64,000 nt of DNA from contig JBEKEM010000003.1 of the NCBI GenBank assembly GCA_050013835.1, positions 9,710 through 73,709 of the forward strand, given 5' to 3'. This document shows positions 19,212 to 27,755 of the stretch, one piece after another. Each line of letters opens with the position of its first letter. Within the stretch, counting starts at the first letter, position 1. This DNA comes from Acidimicrobiales bacterium. GTDB lineage: Bacteria; Actinomycetota; Acidimicrobiia; Acidimicrobiales; Bog-793. Made by a program: the position numbers and the translations under genes. The notes beneath the pieces were generated by a model. The model searched no databases. It had not been told where the DNA came from and saw only the letters and a program-made list of their open reading frames with translations.

Positions 19212-20560
19212 GAGCGCTCGACCCCGGTGAAGAGCACCCCCACCCGCTCGGCGCGCCGGACGGTGCCCGACTCGACGAGCTGTGCCAGTCCGGCGAGCCC
19301 GGCCGAGCCCGTGGCGCTGACCGGGAATCCCGCCTCCCGACCGAGTTCGTGGGCCCACACGAGCCGCTCCTCCCCGACGACGACCGGCTCCCCGTGCGTC
19401 GCGAGCATCCCGCGCACGACGGCGAGCCAGTCGTAGGTCTCGTCGTCGAGGATCCCCTCGGCGACGCTTCTGGGCTCGGCTTCCCAGGGCCACATGTAGG
19501 CCGACCGCCGCCCGGCGGCGGCACGGACCGCCCGGTCGGTGGCTCCCGCGTCCGTCTCGCCCGCCAGGTCCTTGTGCACCTGGCGGAACGCCCGCTCCAA
19601 CGGGTGGGCCCCGGCCGTCTGCACCGTGTGGACCCGCGGGATCCTCCCGAGTTTCCCCAGGGCACGTGCCTCGGTGAACGCCTGCACGCAGCTGCTGGCG
19701 AGCGCGCCGCCGCCCACCTGGACAACGACGTGGTCGAGCCCCCGCCCGTCCGATGCGAGCTGCGAGACGAGCTCGTAGCCGAGCGTCTCGCCCCCCTCGA
19801 TCGCCAGGCCGTTGAGGTTCCCCTGGCAGGTGAAGCCGACGGCGCCCTCGTCGAGCTCGGCGAGCAAGCGGAGATACGTCGGATCCCCCGGCTCGCCGGG
19901 GTTCCGCGCGCAGGCGACGATGTCGGCGTCGAGCTCGCCGAGGCGGTTGACGACGTGGGCGTCGGCGTCGACCGGCACGAAGACCCGCAGCCGCCGGCCG
20001 GCCGCGGCCGCGACGACCGCGGCGGCGAGCGCGGCGTTCCCGCAGCTGGCGACGGCGAGCGTCGGGTGCCGGTCGGACGGGACGAGGCCGAGCATCTCCG
20101 CCACCTCGAGGTGCAGCGCCACGCCCATCAGGTGGCGCGCCTTGTGCGACCCGGCCACGTTCCCGGTCTCGTCCTTCACCCACACGCCCCCCGGCTCGAC
20201 GAAGCCGAGGGCACGCGACACGACGTCGCTCCGCCCGAAGGGAGTCACCGTGAAACCGTGGCCGTCGACCCGGGTGACCGCTGCGTCGAGGCGTCGCACG
20301 AGAGCGACGAAGTCCCCGTCGCTCACCCCTCCCGCGCGGGCACGGTGGTAGCTATGGAGGAGCCCCCGGTAGCCGACGAACGGGCACGGGTCGTCCGCCT
20401 CCGCCTCCGGGAATCGCACCCGGTCGGTCGCCAGCACCCGGGTGAGGACGTGGTCGACGTCGCCCTCGGCGTGGTTCGGGCAACGGAAGGGGTATGGGTC
20501 CCGCTCCCCCGGCGAGGCGCCGCAGCCGGCGCAGGAAAGCGTGCTCGCGGGCGCGCTCAA
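19208..20560 (-). CDS. PLP-dependent enzyme, fold type II (threonine-synthase-like) with Cys-rich N-terminus
   Basis: Lys motif '[11 protein letters not shown]', '[15 protein letters not shown]', '[10 protein letters not shown]'. The N-terminus reads 'LSCAGCG...FRCPNH'. TTG at 20560 overlaps the upstream stop (TTGA). Confidence 0.7.
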   Translation of the reverse strand: MSAPASTLSCAGCGASPGERDPYPFRCPNHAEGDVDHVLTRVLATDRVRFPEAEADDPCPFVGYRGLLHSYHRARAGGVSDGDFVALVRRLDAAVTRVDGHGFTVTPFGRSDVVSRALGFVEPGGVWVKDETGNVAGSHKARHLMGVALHLEVAEMLGLVPSDRHPTLAVASCGNAALAAAVVAAAAGRRLRVFVPVDADAHVVNRLGELDADIVACARNPGEPGDPTYLRLLAELDEGAVGFTCQGNLNGLAIEGGETLGYELVSQLASDGRGLDHVVVQVGGGALASSCVQAFTEARALGKLGRIPRVHTVQTAGAHPLERAFRQVHKDLAGETDAGATDRAVRAAAGRRSAYMWPWEAEPRSVAEGILDDETYDWLAVVRGMLATHGEPVVVGEERLVWAHELGREAGFPVSATGSAGLAGLAQLVESGTVRRAERVGVLFTGVERS

Positions 20561-22053
20561 GAGACGGCGACCCCGGTGCGACCGTTGAAGGCGCGGATGA
20601 GCTCGTCCCAGCGCGTCAGCTCGGTCCGCAGTTCCCGCCACCAGGACTGGGCCCGCCGGGCGTTGAACTCGTCGATTCCGACCCCCTGCTGCTCCACCCA
20701 CGTGAAGTAACCGAGGTTGAAGATGCGCTGCCGGTCGACGGCCGTCGTCTCCAGGAGGTGGTCGGTCCCGGCGCCGAGCATGAAGCGGCCGAACGCCTCG
20801 GCGGCGGAGCGCTCATCGAAGCCCGAGGCGAAATCCCGCGCGACGATCCGCTGCCGCTCGCTTCCGTACATCTCGGCGCCGTCGGTGGCGACCGTCATCA
20901 CGACGTCGTCGGGACCGAGTCCCAGGTACTTGGCGGTCTTCACGGCGGCGAGGACGTTGCAGATGCTCGAGAGGCCGAACTCGTCGAGAGTCGCGAGCAC
21001 CTCGGGCGGCACCTGGCGCCGCCGGGCGAGGTACGCCCTGCCTTCCGCCGAGCCGAAGACCACCGCGAGGTGGTCGGTCGCGCGGTCGGAGACCGCCGTC
21101 ACGATGTCGGTGTTGTACACGTTGTGGATGAACGGGATGTGCTTGTCGCCGATCCCCTGGATGTTGTGCTCGCCGAACCCGTTGTAGAGCATCGTCGGAC
21201 ACTCGAGCGCCTCGACGGCGACGATGCGCGCCCCCCGCGTCTCTTTCAGGTAGTCCCCCGCTCCCAGCGTCCCCGCCGAGCCCGAGGCGGAGACGAAGGC
21301 GGCGAGCCGCAGCGAGGGTTCGGTGGCCAGCATCTCGTCGAAGACGGCGCCGAGCGCGGACCCGGTGCACCGGTAGTGGACCAGGTGGTTCCCGAACTCG
21401 GCGAACTGGTTGAAGATGACGTTCGCCCGGTCACGCGACAGCTCGGCGCATCGGTCGTAGATCTCCTTCACGTTGCTCTCGGTGCCGGGTGTCGCGATCA
21501 CGTCCGCCGGATCGGCGACCCAGTCCTCGAGCCAGGCGAAACGCTCCCGGCTCATCCCCTCCGGCAGCACGGCGACGCCGCGACAGCTCATGAGCCGTGA
21601 GATCGCCACCCCGCCGCGGCAGTAGTTTCCCGTGGAGGGCCACACCGCCCGGTTCGCCGTCGGGTCGAACTGCCCGGTGACGACCCGTGGCACAAGGCAG
21701 CCATACGCGGCGAGCACCTTGTGGGCGCGGATCATCGGGAAGCGGTCGCCGAACGCCACGACGATGCGGGCGTCGACGCCGGTGAGCTCGCTCGGCAGCA
21801 CCACGTGACCCGGCACGGTCACCTGCGACGTGCGACCGGCGTCGTTGTACCAGTGGACGCGGAACAGGTTGAGGGGACTGGCCTCGTCCGGCGCCACCGC
21901 CCCGAGCGCCCGGCGGATGGGAGCGGGGATGAGGATCGGCTCGGCCAGCTCGGCGAAGGTCGGCAACAGAATCTGGCGTTCCCGGAAGCGCTCGACGGTG
22001 CGGCCGTACACCGCCTCGTCGACGATGTCATCTTCGCGTCCCAAGGTCCGCAC
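20557..22053 (-). CDS. PLP-dependent enzyme, fold type II (cysteine-synthase/TrpB-like), about 498 aa
   Basis: '[14 protein letters not shown]' (candidate PLP lysine), '[13 protein letters not shown]', '[12 protein letters not shown]'. GTG at 22053 lies 6 nt after GGAGGA. Confidence 0.7.
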   Translation of the reverse strand: MRTLGREDDIVDEAVYGRTVERFRERQILLPTFAELAEPILIPAPIRRALGAVAPDEASPLNLFRVHWYNDAGRTSQVTVPGHVVLPSELTGVDARIVVAFGDRFPMIRAHKVLAAYGCLVPRVVTGQFDPTANRAVWPSTGNYCRGGVAISRLMSCRGVAVLPEGMSRERFAWLEDWVADPADVIATPGTESNVKEIYDRCAELSRDRANVIFNQFAEFGNHLVHYRCTGSALGAVFDEMLATEPSLRLAAFVSASGSAGTLGAGDYLKETRGARIVAVEALECPTMLYNGFGEHNIQGIGDKHIPFIHNVYNTDIVTAVSDRATDHLAVVFGSAEGRAYLARRRQVPPEVLATLDEFGLSSICNVLAAVKTAKYLGLGPDDVVMTVATDGAEMYGSERQRIVARDFASGFDERSAAEAFGRFMLGAGTDHLLETTAVDRQRIFNLGYFTWVEQQGVGIDEFNARRAQSWWRELRTELTRWDELIRAFNGRTGVAVS

Positions 22054-22288
22054 CTGCACTCCTCCGTCTCTATTGGATCGCGACGGCCCCATCGTCGCTG
22101 CCAGCCGGACTTGAGGTCCCCGAGCCTCCTTCGACTGCTCCGCTCATCTGTCTTGTCCGACGACTTCGGCCGGGCGTCGCGCCCGACCGAGGACCCGCCC
22201 GGCGACGGCGACCCGTCCCGGGCACCACCCGCTCGCGCACCCTAGTGACCACGTGGCCCCGGCGGCGCGAATCTCGTTCCAGACAGAC

Positions 22289-22319
22289 GGTGGCCCCCGC
22301 GCCACGCGCGGGGGCCACC
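22289..22319 (-). terminator. strong GC hairpin immediately after the permease stop
   Basis: A perfect 13-bp stem, GGTGGCCCCCGCG / CGCGGGGGCCACC, with a 5-nt loop lies 9 nt downstream of the TAG at 22328-22330. There is no clean U-tract. Confidence 0.55.
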
Positions 22320-22327
22320 GCTTCTGC

Positions 22328-23821
22328 CTAGAAGGACTGCTTGGCGACCTCCCTCGGGACCGAACGGAACGACAGCACGAAGTAGACGACCGCGCTGACG
22401 ATCAGCCCGAAGGCCCAGCTGAAGTCGGCACCGTGGGTCCAGTTCGACAACGGCGAGGAGTACGAGGGCGTGTAGAAGGCCGCGTCGATCCACATCATCG
22501 CCGCGAACATTCCAGCTGCCAGCGATACCAACGCCTTCCAGTTGAAGCCGCCGTCACGCCAGTACAAACCACCGTGTTTGGCGGCCAACGACTTGAACTC
22601 GTAGCGGCCGCGCCGGAGCCAGTAGTCGACGATGTAGACGCCGAACCACGCACCGAGCCAGACGACGATGTAGTCGAGGAACCCGGCAAGGTCCGTGTAG
22701 AAGTTCCCCTTGAAGATCACGAGGGCCGTCACGCCACCGGAGATGATGGTGTCGATGACGACGCAGACCCACCGCTTGGCCGGAAGGCCGAGCGCCTGGA
22801 GGGTGACCCCCGAGGAGTACATGTCGAGCGTGTTGATCGCGAACAGCTGCGGCAGCGCCAGGATCAAGAACGGCCAGAAGAACCAGCTGGCGAACGACGT
22901 CGGAAGAGCGGCCGCGGCACCGGGGCCGTAGATGTTGCTCTGGAGTGACGTGCTGACGAGGTAGGCGCAGGCACCGAGGAGCTCGAGCAGGATCGACGGG
23001 ATGGCCCCGCCAAGCGTCGCGGCCCAGAACGTCTTCGCCGTGGGGGTGTCAGCCGGCAGGTAGCGGGAGTAGTCCGCCGCGTTCTCGGTCCAGCCGAGAC
23101 CCCCTGCCGAGACGACGAGCACGAGCCCGGTGGTCCACAGCCACCACGAGTCCGTGCCGTGCGCGTGCAGGTCGGACAGGTGGACGTGGGGAAGGACGAG
23201 GCACGCCATGATGGCGAAGACCACGACGAACACGTAGGACAGGTAGTGCAGGACCTTCGTGATCGTCGCGTGCCCGAGGAACGGCACGACGAACTGGATG
23301 AGGACGGCGATGATGATCGCGATCGTCTTGCCGGTGTCGTTGAGGTGGATCCCCTCGTGGCTGAACATCGCCACGACGACCAAGACCGCGATCACAAGGC
23401 CTTCGACCTCGAAGCCGACCTGGGTGATCCAGTTGAACAACGACGGCGCGCGGTTGCCGTTCCGGCCGAAGGCCGCGCGGCTCACCATGAACGTCGTCGT
23501 CCCCGACCTCGGCCCGGCAAGGCTCGCCGCGCCGAGGAAGACGTAGACGATGTTCCCGAGGAGGATCGCCAAGACGGCCTGCCAGAACGTCAGCCCGAAG
23601 GCGACGATCAGGGCGCCGTAGACGAGGAACTCGACGTTCCAGATCCCGCCGGCCCACATCCAGAACAGGCCCCCAGGGCGCAGCCGCCGGTCGGCATCCG
23701 CGACGTGCTCGATACCCCGCTGCTCGAGTTTGAAGGCGCTATACCCCTCAGCGGCCTCGTCGCCGGACATCGACGACCCGCCTCCCGGCGGGCCGGAGCC
23801 CATGTCCACACCGTTGGCCAT
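22328..23821 (-). CDS. NCS1 family (cytosine/purine/uracil/allantoin/hydantoin) permease
   Basis: A 497-aa polytopic membrane protein with 'FKLEQRGIEHV...RLRPGGLFWMWAGG' at the N-terminus. ATG at 23821 is preceded by GGAGGGAGG. Confidence 0.85.
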   Translation of the reverse strand: MANGVDMGSGPPGGGSSMSGDEAAEGYSAFKLEQRGIEHVADADRRLRPGGLFWMWAGGIWNVEFLVYGALIVAFGLTFWQAVLAILLGNIVYVFLGAASLAGPRSGTTTFMVSRAAFGRNGNRAPSLFNWITQVGFEVEGLVIAVLVVVAMFSHEGIHLNDTGKTIAIIIAVLIQFVVPFLGHATITKVLHYLSYVFVVVFAIMACLVLPHVHLSDLHAHGTDSWWLWTTGLVLVVSAGGLGWTENAADYSRYLPADTPTAKTFWAATLGGAIPSILLELLGACAYLVSTSLQSNIYGPGAAAALPTSFASWFFWPFLILALPQLFAINTLDMYSSGVTLQALGLPAKRWVCVVIDTIISGGVTALVIFKGNFYTDLAGFLDYIVVWLGAWFGVYIVDYWLRRGRYEFKSLAAKHGGLYWRDGGFNWKALVSLAAGMFAAMMWIDAAFYTPSYSSPLSNWTHGADFSWAFGLIVSAVVYFVLSFRSVPREVAKQSF

Positions 23822-24157
23822 CGTCGGACCTCCCTCCGTGCGCCTCGGAAAGGTCGGTCGGCCCTCGTCGTGCGCACTATCTAGTCGTACGACAGAACGT
23901 GTTGCAGGCAACCCCGTGAAACCTCCGGCACTGTATCCCTTGGACGCCGTTCCGTCGCTGTTGAATTTGTCGTCTTCTTGTTCCCCTGCGCGGCGTCCCG
24001 CCGTCACGGGCCGCCCTGCGACCCTCCCCAGGCGGCAGGGCGACCGGCCGGGGCGTGGGCCGGCGATGCCCGCCGCACCGGCGGGCGGGGCTGGGTGGGC
24101 GGTCTCGTCTTGACCGGAGACGAGCTGGCCGACCGGTCCCAACGGCCTGGTCGGGTG

Positions 24158-25480
24158 ATGTCGGGGACGGCGATACTACGGGGCGTGGAACAGCGGACGG
24201 TCCTGCGCGGCGTCGCCTCGCCCGGCGACATCGCCGTCGAGCAAGGACACGTCGCCACGATCGGCACGGTCGACGCCCGGCCCGGCGACCGCGTGCTGCG
24301 CTGTGACGGTGCCCTCGTCACGGCCGGGCTCGTCAACTGCCACCACCACCTCTACCAGTGGCTGACCCGGGGCCGGGCGACTGCCTGCGACCTGTTCACA
24401 TGGCTCACGACCCTCTACCCCGTCTGGGGGCGGATCTCGGCCGAGGACACGGCGGTGGCGGCTCTCGTCGGGCTGGGCGAGCTCGCCCTGGGCGGGGCGA
24501 CGACGGTGTCGGACCACCACTACGTCGTGCCCCGTGGCGACGACACCGTCTTCGACGCCATCGCCGCCGCGGCGGGCACCGTCGGAGTCCGGCTGCAGCT
24601 CTGCCGGGGCTCGATGGACCTCGGAGAGAGCGCCGGGGGGCTCCCGCCCGACTCCGTCGTGGAGTCGATCGACGCCATCCTCGCCTCGACCGAGTCCGTC
24701 GCCGCCCGCCTGCACGACGGCGACCGCGTGATGGTCTCCGTCGCGCCGTGCAGCCCGTTCTCGGTGACGACCGACCTTTTGCGCGAGTCCGCCGCCCTCG
24801 CCCGCCGACTGGGACTGCGCCTGCACACCCACCTCGCCGAGACCGAGGACGAGGCGCGCCACTGCCAGGCGCGCTTCGGACTGCGGCCGCTCGAGTTGAT
24901 GGAGGAGCTCGGGTGGCTCGGCGACGACGTCTGGTTCGCCCACGCCGTCCACCTCGAGCCGGCTGAGGTCGCCGCCCTCGGGGACGCCCGCGCCGGCGTG
25001 GCCCACTGCCCGAGCTCGAACGCGCGGCTCGCCGCCGGCCTCTGCCCGGTACGGGGCCTCCTCGACGCCGGCGCGGCCGTCGGCCTCGGCGTCGACGGCC
25101 CGGCCTCCAACGAGCTGGGCGTGCTGCTGCCGGAACTGCGCCAGGCGCTCAACCTGGCGCGGCTGCGAGAGGGACGGGCCGACGCCCTGTCGCCGGCCGA
25201 GGCGCTGGCGCTCGCCACCTCGGGGGGCGCGGCCTGCCTCGGGCGTGCCGATCTCGGCCGGCTCGAGGTGGGGGCGGTGGCCGACCTCGCCGTCTGGCCG
25301 CTCGCCGACCTGGCCGACATCCCCGACCCGGTCGACGGGCTCGTGCTCGGCCCCGACCGGCGCGTGCGCCACCTTCTCGTCGGGGGCCGCGAGGTGGTGG
25401 TCGACGGGAACCTCGTGGGCGTCGACCTCACGGCCGCGCACGGCGAACTGGCGCGGCGCTCCCGCGAGCTGTGGCGGTGA
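24158..25480 (+). CDS. 8-oxoguanine/guanine-deaminase-like amidohydrolase (COG0402 type)
   Basis: 'GLVNCHHHLYQ', 'HTHLAETEDE', 'FAHAVHL', 'AHCPSSNARL', 'GVDGPASNE'. Confidence 0.8.
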   Translation: MSGTAILRGVEQRTVLRGVASPGDIAVEQGHVATIGTVDARPGDRVLRCDGALVTAGLVNCHHHLYQWLTRGRATACDLFTWLTTLYPVWGRISAEDTAVAALVGLGELALGGATTVSDHHYVVPRGDDTVFDAIAAAAGTVGVRLQLCRGSMDLGESAGGLPPDSVVESIDAILASTESVAARLHDGDRVMVSVAPCSPFSVTTDLLRESAALARRLGLRLHTHLAETEDEARHCQARFGLRPLELMEELGWLGDDVWFAHAVHLEPAEVAALGDARAGVAHCPSSNARLAAGLCPVRGLLDAGAAVGLGVDGPASNELGVLLPELRQALNLARLREGRADALSPAEALALATSGGAACLGRADLGRLEVGAVADLAVWPLADLADIPDPVDGLVLGPDRRVRHLLVGGREVVVDGNLVGVDLTAAHGELARRSRELWR

Positions 25481-25490
25481 GGGCCACACC

Positions 25491-26897
25491 GTGCTGATCC
25501 GCGGCGGCACCGTCATCGACGAGACGGGCGAGCGTCCGGCCGACCTCCGGGTCGGTGACGACGGCCGGGTGACCGAGGTGGCGCCGGGGCTCGCCCCCCG
25601 CCCGGGCGAGGACGTGCACGACGCGGCCGGCAGGCTCGTCGTGCCCGGCGGCGTCGACCCCCACACGCACATGGCGCTCCCGGTCGGGGCGGTGCGCGTC
25701 TCGGACGATTTCGCCACCGGGACGAGGGCGGCGGCGATCGGCGGCACGACGACGATCATCGACTACATCACGCCCGAACGCGGCGAGGACCCGATGCACG
25801 CCGCGGCGAGATGGCGCAGACTCGCGGAGCCCGCGTCGATCGACTGGGGCCTGCACCTCAGCTTCACCGCTGTCGTCCCCGAGGCGGTCGTCGCCGGGGC
25901 GGTCGCGGAAGGCATCACCTCGTTCAAGCTCTACCTCGCCTACCCCGACCGCCTGCAGGTCGACGACGGCACGGTCGTCGCGCTGATGCGCTCGGCCCGG
26001 CGCCAGGGGGCGCTCGTCACCCTCCACTGCGAGAACGGCGCGGCGATCGAAGAACTCCGGCGCGAGGCGCTGGCGGAAGGTCGCACGGCGGTCATCGAGC
26101 ACGCCCGCACGCGACCGCCCCTCCTCGAAGCGGAGGCGACGGCGCGCGCCGCGGTCCTCGCCGAGCTGACCGGCGCCGCCATCTACGTCGTACACGTCTC
26201 CTGCGGCGACGCCCTCGCCGAGATCCGCGCCGCCCGGGAGCGGGGGGTCCGGGTCCAGGCGGAGACCTGCCCGCAGTACCTCTACCTCGACGAGACCAGG
26301 CTCGGGGGCCCCGACGCGGCGGACTTCGTCTGCACGCCCCCGTTGCGCCCGGCGGGAGAAGCCGACCGCCTGTGGGAGGGCCTCGCCCGGGGGTGGATCC
26401 AGACCGTCGGCACCGACCACTGCCCGTTCCGGCGCGCCGACCGCCGCGCCGGGGTCACCGGGCTGCCGGGAGGCGCGCGCGATTTCACGGAGATCCCCGG
26501 CGGCCTCCCGGGCGTCGAGACGCGGCTCGCCCTCATCTGGCAGGGGGTGCGCGACGGCCGGATCAGCGCCGCCGACTGGGTGCGGATCTGCGCCACGGCG
26601 CCGGCGCAGGCCTTCGGGCTCTGGCCGGTGAAGGGCTCGCTCGGAGTCGGCGCCGACGCCGACGTGGTGGTCTGGGACCCCGAGCGACGCCAACCGCTCG
26701 GCGCCGCCGACCTCGACATGGCGGTCGACCACTCCCCCTACGAGGGCATGGTCGCCACCGGCTGGCCCGAGCTGGTGCTGAGCCGCGGCCGGCCGGTCGC
26801 CCGCGACGGGCGCTTCGTCGGCGAGGCCGGCTGGGGCCGCTACCTGGCCCGTTCGACGCTCGCGCCCGGGGGGGACCCTCCGACGGGGAGACGTTAG
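25491..26897 (+). CDS. D-hydantoinase / dihydropyrimidinase
   Basis: 'PGGVDPHTHM', 'GTRAAAIGGTTTIIDY', 'SFKLYLAY' (carboxylated-Lys context), 'VVHVS', 'TDHCPF'. GTG at 25491. Confidence 0.85.
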   Translation: MLIRGGTVIDETGERPADLRVGDDGRVTEVAPGLAPRPGEDVHDAAGRLVVPGGVDPHTHMALPVGAVRVSDDFATGTRAAAIGGTTTIIDYITPERGEDPMHAAARWRRLAEPASIDWGLHLSFTAVVPEAVVAGAVAEGITSFKLYLAYPDRLQVDDGTVVALMRSARRQGALVTLHCENGAAIEELRREALAEGRTAVIEHARTRPPLLEAEATARAAVLAELTGAAIYVVHVSCGDALAEIRAARERGVRVQAETCPQYLYLDETRLGGPDAADFVCTPPLRPAGEADRLWEGLARGWIQTVGTDHCPFRRADRRAGVTGLPGGARDFTEIPGGLPGVETRLALIWQGVRDGRISAADWVRICATAPAQAFGLWPVKGSLGVGADADVVVWDPERRQPLGAADLDMAVDHSPYEGMVATGWPELVLSRGRPVARDGRFVGEAGWGRYLARSTLAPGGDPPTGRR

Positions 26898-26934
26898 GCT
26901 CGTCCGCGAACCTCCCGGGAGGTACTGGCTCGAG

Positions 26935-27672
26935 ATGGAGAGCACTGCTCGGTACTCGCGCCCGCAGTCGTTAAGGGAGGCGCTCTCGCTGCTCGAGAGC
27001 CCTTCGGCGGCGGTGATCGGTGGGGGGACGAGGTTCCGCGCGCGCGACGGCTCGGCGTCCGTCGAGGTGGTCGACCTGCAGGCGCTCGGCCTCGACACGA
27101 TCTCTCGACGTGGTGACGGCACCCTCACGATCGGCGCCGTGACGAGACTGCAGCAGCTCGCCGACTGCGACGAGGCCCCCCCGGTGGTGCGCGAGGCGGC
27201 GCGCCGAGAGGCACCGAGCACGCTGCGGGCGCAGGCGAGCATCGGCGGGTGCGTCGCCACGGCGGCCTGGGACAGCGAGCTTCTGGCGGCGCTCCTCGCC
27301 TACGGGGCACGCGTGGAGCTCGCCAGCGAAAAGGGCACGACGGAGGTCACGCTCGAAGCGCTCCTTGCCCGGCTTCCGCTGGCGAGTGGCGAGGTCATCA
27401 CCGCCGTCTCGCTCGACACCCGCGGTTCGGCTGCGGTCGCGCGCACGGCGCGCACGCCCTCCGACCGCCCGATCGTCGCCGCCGTCGCCCGCCGCCTCGA
27501 CGGGGTGTGGCGGCTCGCGCTCACCGGGGTCGCGGCGACACCGGTGCTCGTCGAGCCGGGGGCGACGGACCGGCTCGCTCCCCCCGGCGACTTCCGGGGT
27601 TCGAGCGAGTACCGGCGCGCCCTCGCCGCCGTGCTGAGCGCGCGGGCCCTCGCGGCGGTGGAGGAGTCGTGA
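26935..27672 (+). CDS. short FAD-binding molybdopterin-dehydrogenase subunit (YgfM-like)
   Basis: 'AAVIGGGTRF', 'ASIGGCVATAAWDSEL'. 245 aa. It sits directly upstream of the XdhD-like gene. Confidence 0.7.
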   Translation: MESTARYSRPQSLREALSLLESPSAAVIGGGTRFRARDGSASVEVVDLQALGLDTISRRGDGTLTIGAVTRLQQLADCDEAPPVVREAARREAPSTLRAQASIGGCVATAAWDSELLAALLAYGARVELASEKGTTEVTLEALLARLPLASGEVITAVSLDTRGSAAVARTARTPSDRPIVAAVARRLDGVWRLALTGVAATPVLVEPGATDRLAPPGDFRGSSEYRRALAAVLSARALAAVEES

Positions 27673-27755
27673 GACGGCTCCCCCGCCACGAGGCATTCAC
27701 CGCCGGAACGGCGAAGCGGGAATCGGGCGCGGGGCGGTCTGGAGAGCTCACGACG

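Noticed and set aside
19212-20183. N-terminal extension of the SsnA ORF (17850..20183)
   Set aside because: It is an Arg-rich shadow frame overlapping the PLP-enzyme gene. A GTG at 19211 gives a coupled start and an SsnA-like length.
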